DNA from: Octopus sinensis | Taxonomy: Eukaryota | Assembly: GCF_006345805.1 (NCBI RefSeq) | Contig: NC_043007.1 | Location: 19,530,001-19,594,000, forward strand | DNA length: 64,000 bases | Direction: 5' to 3' | In this document: piece by piece, positions 50,545-62,124 of the stretch | How the letters are laid out: each line of letters opens with the position of its first letter | Numbering within the stretch: the first letter of the stretch is position 1 | Notes under the pieces: model-generated | Database searches by the model: none | The model's input: the letters and a program-made list of their open reading frames with translations, nothing else | What the model was told of the DNA's origin: nothing | Made by a program: the position numbers and the translations under genes

Positions 50545-53500
50545 TATTATTATTATCATAATTATTTATTAAGGTGGCGAGCTGGCAGAATCGTTAGCAT
50601 GCCAGGCAAAATGCTTAGCAGCATTTTGTCCGTCTTTACGTTCTGAGTTCAAATTCCACTGAGGTTGACTTTGCCTTTCATCCTTTCAGGGTCGATAAAT
50701 TAAGTACCAGTTGCACACTGGGGTTGATCTAATTGACTAGAACCCCTCCCCAAAACTTTCAGGCCTTGTGCCTAGAGTAGAAAAGAATATATTTACTATC
50801 TACGTCTGTACGTTCTGAGTTCAAATTCCACCGAGGTCGACTTTGCTCTTCATCCTTTTAGGGTCGATAAATTCAGTACCAGTTACGTACTGAGGTCGAT
50901 CTAATTGACAGCCCTCCCCCCTCCAAAAATTTCAGGCCTTGTGCCTAGAGTAGAAAACAATATATTTAGTATCTGCATTTTTGTGTTCTGATTTCAAATT
51001 CCACCAAGGTCGACTATGCCTTTCATCCTTTTGAGGTCAATAAATTAAGTACCAGTTACGTACTGGGGTCGATCTAATCGACTGGCCCCCTCTCCAGAAA
51101 TTTCGGGCCTTGTGCCTAGAGTTTGAAAAGAATATATTTACTATCTGCATCTTTATGTTCTGAGTTCGAATTACACCGAGGTCGACTTTGCCTTTCATCC
51201 TTTTGGGGTCGATAAATTAAGTACCAGTTATGTACTGGGGTCGATCTAATCGACTGGCCCCCTCTCCAGAAATTTCGGGCCTTGTGCCTAGAGTTTGAAA
51301 AGAATATATTTACTATCTGCATCTTTATGTTCTGAGTTCGAATTACACCGAGGTCGACTTTGCCTTTCATCCTTTCAGATTCGATAAATTAAGTACCAGT
51401 TGCGTACTGGGGTCGATCTAATCGACTGGCCCTCTCTCCAAAAATTCGTGCCTAGAGTAGAAAAGAATATCGATTATATCACATGCTAATACTGATACAA
51501 GACACTCTATCTTCTAACTTCTATATTTTCCAGCTACAAACTGCCGCAAGTCCAGCCAGTTGGTCAACGGAGATGTCTCTGCCGTCAAGGTGCTGGACTG
51601 TCTCTCATTTATGGCCCTGTTGTATGGTGAACAGGTCATACTCTTGCAGTACTTCCCAGCCATGGAGGACATGGTGAGTGACCCCAGTTACCCCACTAAT
51701 CAGTACACTGACCATCAAACAGTTTCTTCTAAAATTTACCCCAGCTCATCTCTGCTTGCTGCTTTTTCCTTTTTTAACACTTCTGTGGTTCTGTTGCTAG
51801 GTAACAGCTGCTGAGAAAGAGATGAGCCAAGCAGCAGAGGCAGGGCTGATCGCCTCATTGGTACTCATGCGACACATGGTTCCACTGCTCTCTGAGAAAA
51901 CCCTGATGGACCTTCTCCAGGTAAATATTGCCCACTTCTAATTGGTTTGTCAAGGTGTGTTCATAAATATGTGAGCTGTTGAGTGAATGAATACGGGTAA
52001 AGTGTGAGTCTGTGGGTGGCACAGGGGTAGTTATATGTACATGAAGGGTAGGGTACATTTTGTGTGATAACCGGCTTCCGTGCCAGTGGTACATAAAAGG
52101 CACCATTCGAATATGATCATTACCAGTGTCACCTTACTGGCACTTATGCCCATGCTAGTAGGGTGTCAAGAGCACCATCTGAGCATGATAGTTGCCAGAG
52201 CAGCTAACGGGCTTCTGTGCTGGTGGCTTGTGAAAGGCACCATTTGAGCGTGATCGTTACCAGCGTCACCTTACTGGCACGTGTGCCGGTGGAATGTGTA
52301 AAAAGATTCGAGCGAGGTTGTTGCCAGTACTGCCTGACTGGCCCCCATGCCGGTGGCACGTAAAAAGCACCCACTACACTCTCAGAGTGGTTGATGTTAG
52401 GAAAGGCATCAAGCTGTAGAAAGTCTGCCTGCTGCAGCCATCTGGTTCACCAGCCCTCAGTCAAAATCGTCCAACCCATGCAAGCATGGAAAGCGGACGT
52501 TAAACGATGATGATGATGATGATGTGTGGGTTAGGAGTAGGGAACTCTATGGATTACGAGGTGTGGATGTAAATAAGTGCCTGAATTCTAATGAGATTGA
52601 GTTTGGGTTATTCTGTCAGGCAGTTGTCTTCTACTATAGCTTCAGATCAACCAAAGCCTTTTTAGTGGATCTGGAAGATGGAAACTGAATGAAAAAAGTT
52701 GTGTGTATGTGTGTGTGTGTATTTATGTATGCGAATGTATGTTTGTATGTCTGTGTCACCTTGTTTCCACATAGCATGATAATTGTAAATGAGAGTCACT
52801 GTCGTCTAAGCAGTGTCATTAATTCCTAATATTCTGTGAAAATGTGTCCAGCCGTGGAAAGTTATTATCTTGCTTGGAAACAGGTGAGGTTTGATGACAG
52901 GAAAGGCATCCAGCCTTGGAAATTCTGCTTCAGTAAACTTCATCCAATCCATGCAGTACGGAAAACTGGACATTGAAGCAGTATTGATGATGCTGATTTC
53001 ATCATCATCATCATCATCATCATTTGATGTCTGTTGTCGATGCTGGCATGGGTTGGACAGTTTGACCGAGGGCTAGCAAGCGGGAAGGCTGCACCAGACT
53101 CCTGTCTGATTTGGCATCGTTTTCTATGGCTGGATGCCCTTCCTAATGCTAACCACTCCAAGAGTGGCACATAAAATACTCCAAGTGTTTTATGTGCCAC
53201 CGGTACAGGTGCCATTTGCGTGACACTGGTATCTGTCTTGACTATGATTTTGCTCAGCTTGATGGGTCTTTTTCTCAAGCACCACACCATGCCACGATTT
53301 ATGCATATCTATGTACATCATGTCTTCTTTTCTCTTTGCCCAGGATCTGAAGGTGCACAAAATACTACATTCTGTGATGCAACTTACTGCACTGCCCATC
53401 TGCTTCCCAAGTGGGACGCACGCACGCAGCCTCATTCTGCACAAAGTGGTGGATGTGCTCTACATTGTCGGGGTGAGAATTGGCTTTGAGATGACCAGGA

Positions 53501-53749
53501 AGCACTTGACCGAAACTATGCAGCTATTTTTCAACTCATTCTACTTGGTGCATTGTCCGGATGCGTGTCCAAGTGGAAGTCACAAGGACTTTCTGTATCG
53601 GACACAAGCTGTGGCTGGCAGCAGCTCCAAGGGACAGATCAGGGAAAAGATCTCTGGATCAGTCGCTTCCAATGACAGTGAGTATTGCTTGGCTTATTGG
53701 GTGTATGTATATAAATATATACACATAAACATCAACACACACACACATG

Positions 53750-53791
<42 letters not shown>

Positions 53792-56406
53792 AGCATTGTG
53801 TGTAACTATTACTCCAGACAGGCTTTTTTTCTGTTTCCATTTTTGTTACCTCTCTCCATCTGTTTTCTATTCTTGTACTTCCCTGAAGAAGAGCATAGGC
53901 TCGAAATGTCAGATTCCTTAATTTTTCCTGAGTGTCAAACTAATGCACCTTGTTCGTTGTTACCACCTGTCTCTGTTTTTGTACAATTTTCAGTCATGTA
54001 TGTACATACATATGTACATATATACGTATGTATATATGCATATACATGCATACATATGTATGTATGTATGTATGTATGTATGAATATATCACCGTGACCG
54101 ACCAGGCTATCAGATGTTGCTACACATCACTGGTCACAATGTTTTAGCCTTCATGTGATGCCACCCCGCTGGCTAAGCGAGCAGGCCGACAGAAGAAAGA
54201 GTGAGAGAATGTTGTGGTGAAAGAGTACAGCAGGGATCGCCACCACCCCCTGCCAGAGCCTCGTGGAGCTTTTAGCGGTTTTCAGTCAATAAACATTCAA
54301 CGCTCAGTCTGGGAATCGAAACCTCGATCCTACAACCACAAGTCCGCTGCCCTAACCACTGGGCCATTGCATCTCCACATGTATGAATATATATGTATCT
54401 TTTACTTGTATTCATTATAGACTGTGGCTTTAGTAGAAGGCACTTACCCAAGGTGTCATGCAGTGGAACTGAACATGGAGCCATGTGGTTGGCAAGCAAC
54501 CTTCTTACCACACTGCCATGTGTTTGGTTAAGAAGCTTGGTTTACAACCACTTCATTGTAGCTTTGGTCTTAGGAAACTTGCATCTAATGGATTGAGTAC
54601 CAGACATTCAGCTAAAATATTACTCTTTCCAGTCTTGTTCATAACATGCACTTTCCATGCTGGCATGGGTGGGACGGTTTGACAGGAACCGGCCAGGCAG
54701 GAGCCTGCACCAGACTTCTGTTACTGTTTTGGTAGGATTTTTACAGCTGGATGCCCTTCCTATCACCAACCACTCAGCAGAGTGGACTTTGTGCTTTTTA
54801 TGTGGCACAAGCACAGACGAGGCCAGTTTTGGCAAGGATTTTACAGCTAGAAACCCTTCCAAATGCCAACCCCTTCACAGTGTGGACTGGGTGTTTTTCG
54901 TATGTTTGAATTAGAAGCTTAAACTGTGAATAGGTACAGAGTTTGCTTACTTCTGTGGGAAAATCAAACTCAAGAGGAAGGTAAAACCAAACTATGTCTG
55001 TAACATGTGAGAAACACCTTACTTAGATGTTTTGCAGAGCCACCAAAAGTTAAGTTGTGTTATAAAGTTAAGCTCTTTATATTAGGGTGTATACTGATGT
55101 ATTAGTGTGTGTCTTCTATACTCTTATGTTGTGTCATGTATTTACAGGTGAAGATTCTGAGGAACTGTATTGGAAGATCAAGATTGATGCCAACACTGAA
55201 GAATATAAAATTGGTTCCCCAGTCAACATCCATGAACTGCATCGGTCGTCACCAACGACAGCAGCAACACCAACATCACAGGCATTCCGTCTGTTGAAGT
55301 CCCGCTGCAAGAGAGCAGGGAGCTCGACCAGCATCACATCGTTGACCAAGAGTAATCTCAGTGGTGGGTACCAGTTAATGTTGTTGTTGTTGTTCATCAT
55401 CATCATCATCATCATCATCGTTTAACGTCCGTTCTCCATGCTGGCATGGGTTTGACGGTTCGACCGGGGTCTGGGAAGCCAGGAGGCTGCACCAGGCTCC
55501 AGTCTGATCTGGCAGTGTTTCTACAGCTGGATGCCCTTCCTAACGCCAACCACTCCGTGAGTGTAGTGGGTGCTTTTTACGTGCCACCCGCACAGGTGCC
55601 AGGCGAGGCTGGCAACAGCCGTGATCGGTTGGTGCTTTTTACGTGCCACCGGCACATGGGCCAGAGGAGGCTGGCAACAGTCACGATCGGTTGGTGTTTC
55701 ATTACGTGCCACCGGCACGAAAGCCAGTCAAGGTGGCGCTGGCATCGGCCACGTTCGGATGGTGCTTTTTACGTGCCACCGGCACAGGGATCACAACTAC
55801 AACTTCCATTGATTTTTGATGTTGATGTACTTGACTCAATAGGTCTCCTCAAGCACAGGGTTGAAATGGTGTTTCTTTACTTGCTACCTGCATAGGAGTC
55901 AGTCCAGCGGCACTGGCAACGGCTGGGTGCCAGTCATAGGATTTGGTTCAATTTCGATTTGTTATTAATAATAATAATAATGATAATTATAATACAGTGA
56001 ACTGGTAGAATCGTTAGCACACTCATCAAAATGATTAATGGCATTTTGTCTTCCTTTATGTTCTAGGTTCAAATTCCACCGAGGTTGACTTTGCTTTCGA
56101 CCTTCCATGGTCGATGAAATAAATACCAGTCTATCTCCCTTCCTCTCTCCTGAACTTGCTGGCTTTGTGCCAAAATTTGAAACCATTCGATCAGCTGACA
56201 GAATCGTTAGTACGCTGGTCAAAATGCATTTCATCTGTCTCCACATTCTGGGTTCTAATTACGCTGAGGTCAACTTTGCCTTTCAATCTTTCGGGGTCAA
56301 TAAATTAAATACTAGTGAAACACTGGAGTCGATCTAATTGTCTAGTCCCCTCCCCCAAAATTTCAGGCCTTGTGCCTATTATAGAAAGAATTATTATTAT
56401 TATTAT

Positions 56407-56441
<35 letters not shown>

Positions 56442-56445
56442 TTAC

Positions 56446-56476
<31 letters not shown>

Positions 56477-57828
56477 TCAAAAACTGTCAGTTAATCATTT
56501 GCATTTTCAGTTTTGATTAATTTTTTTTCTGTTTATTTCTTTTTTCTTCCCCTCATTTACCAGACTATAGCATCAGCCCTCTGCCGATGAACAATACCAT
56601 TGACAAACAGCCAGAACACGTAAAGCAGGAAATGAAGAATGTTTTCTCACCAGAGTTGGCTCATGCAGCATATATTCCTCTGTGCCAAATCTTTGGCAGG
56701 TGAGTAGAGTCCAGGTGTACAGATCTGCTTTAACCCTTTCGTTACTGTATTTCTGTTAAGATGCTCTGTGTTTCTTCCGATTAATTTTAAATATTACAAA
56801 GAATTTAGTAAAATAACTTGGTTCTCATTAAGTTAGTGTTAGGAACATAAACTGTGATTAAGGTTTGGTGGAAGATTTTAATTTAGAACTTTTGAAAACA
56901 AGACGTTTGTACTACAGAGCCAGAGGCAGTTTCAGGCAGGTTGGTATCAAAAGGGTTAAATTAATCATTTGCTAATCCTCTTGTTACCATATTTTTGTTG
57001 GGATGTTCTGTGTTTCTTTCAATTAATTTTAAATATAACCAAGAATTTAGTAAAATAACTTAGTTATCATTAAGCTTGTGTTAGGAACATAAATTGTGAC
57101 TAAGGTTTGGTGGAAGATGTTAATTCAAAAACAAGACATTTGTACCGTTCTATATTTAAGAGATGAGGAATTATGTACATTATTTAAATTATTTGCATTT
57201 GATGGATATTTGTCCTCATCTTGTTTGTTGTTAACACAACATTTCAGCTGATATACCCTCCAGCCTTCATCAGGCATATAGCATAGTGGTTAAGAGCACG
57301 GGTTACTAACACCAAGATTCCGAGTTCAATTCCAGGCCATGACCTGAATCATCATCATCATCATCATCATTTAACGTCCGCTTTCCATGCTAGCATGGGT
57401 TGGACGGTTCAACTGGGGTCTGGGGAGCCCGAAGGCTGCACCAGGCCAGTCAGATCTGGCAGTGTTTCTACAGCTGGATGCCCTTCCTAACGCCAACCAC
57501 TCCGAGAGTGTAGTGGGTGATTTTATGTGCCACCGACACAGGTGCCAGACGAGGCTGGCGAACGGCCACGCTCGGATGGTGTTTTTATGTGCCACCGACA
57601 CAGGTGCCAGACGAGGCTGGCGAACGACCACGCTCGGATGGTGTTTTTATGTGCCACCGACACAGGTGCCAGACGAGGCTGACGAACGGCCACGATCGGA
57701 TGGTGTTTGTTACGTGCCCACAGCACGGAGGCCAGTCGATGCGGTACTGGCTACGGCCACGTTCAGATGGTTTTCTTGTGTGCCACCGGCACTGGTACCA
57801 CAAAGATACAAATTCCATTGATGTTCAA

Positions 57829-57859
<31 letters not shown>

Positions 57860-60800
57860 AATAAAATTGAAAAATACCTTAGAAATGTAAACCCAGGTTT
57901 GAAATTTCCCCAAGACACCTGATGAAGGCTGAAGGGTGTATCAGCCGAAATGTGTTAACAACAAACAAGATGAGGACAAATATCCATCAAATGTAAACAA
58001 TGTAAATAAAGATATTTGTATTATAGAGCCAGAGGCAGTTTCAGCCAGGCTGGTATCAAAAGGGTTAATATGTGTAAATTGTCAAATATGTGAACCATGG
58101 GTTGTCTTGTGTAGGTTGCTATCAAAAGAGTTAATCCCTTACTATTCATCTCACTCTTGTATTCTTGGTTTCTCATCACACCCAACCAGCATCCACATGG
58201 AACAGTCACTCTGGAATGATGATCTCATTCGACAGCTCTGCAGCCAATATGACAGCACCCTCGACAAATTACCATCATCAGCGCTAAGTGAGTCCTTTGA
58301 TTCCTCCATTGAAGGTAAGCATGCTAACCATTCAACCACACAACCATCTCAAACTATTTCAAGTAATTAGCGAAGCATAACCAACCACTGTATTTATTCC
58401 GATGCAATAAGATCTCAAATATTACGAAATTCATATTTTTTGTACATGAAAATCAACGATAAATTCTTTTACTTGTTTCAATCATTTGACTGTGGCCATG
58501 CTGGAGCACAGCCTTTAGTCAAACAAATCAACTCCAGGACTTATACTTTGTAAGCTTAGTAGTTATTCTATCGGTCCCTTTTGACAAACCGCTAAGTTAT
58601 GGGGATGTAAACACACCTACATCGGATACATCTTATGGTGTTTCTACCTATGCCTTTTCTACAGATTGAGCAGGACTATCTGTCTGAAGGGATTTGTGAT
58701 TTGTCTGCTCTCCTACTTACTGAGACTTTGGATTTTGCTAGGTTAACTCTAAGGCCATTTGATTCTAGACCTTGCTTCCATATCTGAAATTTCTTCTCTA
58801 GTTCTGGTAGTGATTTGGCTATAAGAACAATGTCATCAGCATAGAGGAGCTCCTGGGGCAGCCCATCTTAAATTCCTCTGTTATTGTCTGGAGGACTATA
58901 TTGAACAAGAGGGGACTGATCCTTGGTGAACGCCTATATCTACCCTAAATTCATTGCTATATTTATTGCTAACCTTCATCTTACTGACAGCATCCCTGTA
59001 CATGGCTTGAATAGCTCTCACCAATCACTCATCTCTCCTTAGCTTCCACATTGACCAAGATAAGGGAACAGGGAACTCTGTCAAAGGCTTTGCCCATGTT
59101 GACAAAAGCCAGGTACAGACTAGATATTTCTCCTGCAGTTGCCTAACCTGGAATATATAGCATCAGTCATGCTCCTGCTTAGCACAAATCTGAACTGCAT
59201 CTCATCTACACATATATTTATTTATTTATATACTTGTTTCAGTTATTTGATTGCAGCCTAAAAAACCACAGATCTTGTTTATACAGCCACTCATAGTTTC
59301 CTGCTCAAAATAATTTATTCTGCCCTTTATCAAGCTTGAAAACAAGACTGTTTGTATGTTGTCTTTTGAGCAGATAACTTTTAAACAAGAGACGCTTGTA
59401 AAGAAGAAAAGAAGAAAAACACAAAGGAAATAACCAATGTGTACATCACAGACACACAAATACATACATGCAGACATACATATATATATATATATATACG
59501 CACACACACACACACATGTATAGACCCAGCAACTAAAGTGAGATGGGATCCATGCCCAATGCCAGTGTTGCATGTCCGGCCCATTTAAGAATACCCCTGA
59601 TGCGTCGGGTGATATGATATGTTTGAGAAGACCTGTTGAGTCAAGTAAAACCAATATCATAGCTGTGGCCAGTGCCCCCTGACTGGCTCCCGTTCCGGTG
59701 GCACATAAAATGCACCATCTGAGAATGGTTGATGCCAGTGCCTTTGACTGGCCCACATGTCGGTAGTACATAAAAAGCACGTGGTCGATGCCAGGCCTGC
59801 CTGACTGGCTCCTGTGCTGGTGGCACGCAAAATGCACCCACTACACTCTTGGAGTGGTTGGCGTTAGGAAGGGCATTCATTTTGACCCAGGTGTTTTGCA
59901 ACAGTAGAGTTTATATGCCAAGAGAATGTGGCAGTCCTATAAAGGACGATATTACTGTTGTTTTAGCCCCAGGAAAACATCTTTTCCAGCTGGTTATCGA
60001 TACACAGTTTGTATAGGAGGAATGTAGGGTCCCAGACAGACCCACCACTCCTTGCCATACACTGTAGTCTCATACTGCAGCCATACACTCTGCTAGGGCT
60101 CTTCCCAGACTAATCTCTGATGTTACAAACAGCGAATAAGTTGGGCTTTTTTTTATTTAATTGCTGTTTTTTTCTTTTTACAGGTGTGACCCCTGACCTT
60201 GAGACACCAAGTGACTCTAGAACCAGTAAGTCTATTCTCAGTCTTTCTCTCTCTCTCTCACACACACACACATACACTCTATCATCATCATCATCATCAC
60301 CATCATCGTTTAACACCTGCTTTCCATGCTAGCATGGGTTGGACGGTTTGACCGGGGTCTGGGAAGCCAAGAGGCTGCACCAGGCTCCAGTCTGATCTGG
60401 CAGTGTTTCTACAGGTGGATGCCCTTCCTAACAGAAGGGAGATGAGGATGATGTTGGTGGTGGTGGTGATAGTGGTGGTGGTGGTGGCCGTTGTGGTGAT
60501 AGTCATAATTATCCCATTCCCATGCAAGGATGTTTTACAAGAAACAACTGACCCCAGTATGCAACTGGTACTGGATTTTATTGACCTCTCCAGAAAGAGA
60601 TGATGAAGGATTGGGTGAGGATGAAGGCATGTATGCTCATCATCATCATCATCATCATTAATATTATTCTCTTCTCACCTCTTCCTCCTTTTCTTCTCCC
60701 CTCCTCCTCTTCTCTCCTACTCCTCTCCTCCCCTTCTCTCCTCCTCTTCTCTCTCCTACTCCTCCCTCTCCTAACCCCCCTCTTCTCTCCTCCTTTTCCA

Positions 60801-62082
60801 CTTGTGTATCTCTTTCTTCGTTTTCTCTCCTCCTCCCACTACCACTGAAAGCGCTACAAATTCCTTTACCTTTACTTCTACCTCTTCCAATGACAGTCGA
60901 AAGCTTACTGGCCAAGACCGAAGACCCCGGGCCCCATGGTGGGATTGGCAGCAACGTCGCAGTAGTTGGCAACCGGATAGAACTTCAGCAGCAACTGGGC
61001 AGTGGACATCCAGAGGTGCCCGCAGTGAGTCCAGGCTACAAACACACCGGAATCCTGCATATTGGACAGGAGGATCTCAAAAAGTAAGTGACACCGTAAC
61101 ATTGAGTGCAGCTGCACACTACCACCCCATGCACACACACTCACTCACACATACACATTAACACACTCATTAAGATGCTTACAGTAAAGGACATAAGTAT
61201 AATATCATCATCATCATCGTTTAACGTCCGCTTTCCATGCTAGCATGGGTTGGACTATTTGACTGAGGACTGGCGAACCAGATGGCTGCACCAGGCTCCA
61301 ATCTTGATCTGGCAGTGTTTCTACAGCTGGATGCCCGTCCTAACGCCAACCACTCTGAGAGTGTAGTGGGTGCTTTTCTGTGCCACCGGCACAGGGCCAG
61401 TCAGACGGTACTGGCAACGACCTCGCTTGAATGTTTTTACACATGTCACCAGCACAGGTGCCAGTAAGGCAATGCTGGTAACGATCACGCTCGGATGGTG
61501 CCTTTTATGTTCCACTGGCACGGAGGCCTGATAGCCGCTCTGGCAATGATCACGCTCGGATGGTGCTCTTAGCACCCTACTAGCATGGGGCACAAGTGCC
61601 AGTAAGGCGACGCTGGTAATGATCACACTCGAATGGTACCTTTTAAGTGCTACTGGCACTGAAGCCGGTTAGCCGCTCAGTCAATGATCACACTCATATG
61701 GTGCTCTTTGCACCCTGCTAGCACGGACGCCAGTCATCGAAAAATAATATTAACAGAAAAATAACACCGGCAACATACTTTAGGAATGAGAACACAAAGC
61801 ATTTTGCCCAGCTTGCTGATGATTCTGATAGTTTGTGGCCCTGATACACACACATATATATATTCTTTTCTACTCTAGGCATAAGACCTGAAAGTTTTGG
61901 GGAGTGAGCGGGGTGCAGTCGATTAGATCGGCTCCAGTGCGTAACTGGTACTTAATTTATCAACACTGAAAAGATGAAAGGCAAAGCCGACCTCGACGGA
62001 ATTTGAACTCAGAACATAAAGACAGACAAAATACTGCTAAGCATTTCACCCGGCATGCTAATATTTCTGCCAGCTCACTGCC

Positions 62083-62124
<42 letters not shown>

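Larger units (their letters stand above)
56976..58064. mobile_element. piggyBac-type MITE split by an 863-bp insertion
   Basis: Left part runs to 57145; the right part resumes at ~58009 and ends AAAAGGG|TTAA. Confidence 0.8.

Noticed and set aside
50574-51470. CRISPR-like periodic array
   Set aside because: The units are whole SINE-derived repeats without unique spacers, in a eukaryotic intron with no cas genes.
866-57350. tRNA genes suggested by A/B boxes
   Set aside because: All are SINE heads followed by repeat bodies; I found no intact cloverleaf with an acceptor stem.
59590-60435. Inverted RTE copies looping out 42-nt exon 16 alone
   Set aside because: The + copy ends and the - copy (60285-60433) begins at nearly the same consensus position, so they overlap by only ~14 nt.
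61024-61030. GCA|GTGAGT as the donor of exon 17
   Set aside because: Phase 0 does not match the phase-2 acceptor of exon 18; the donor at 61084 does.
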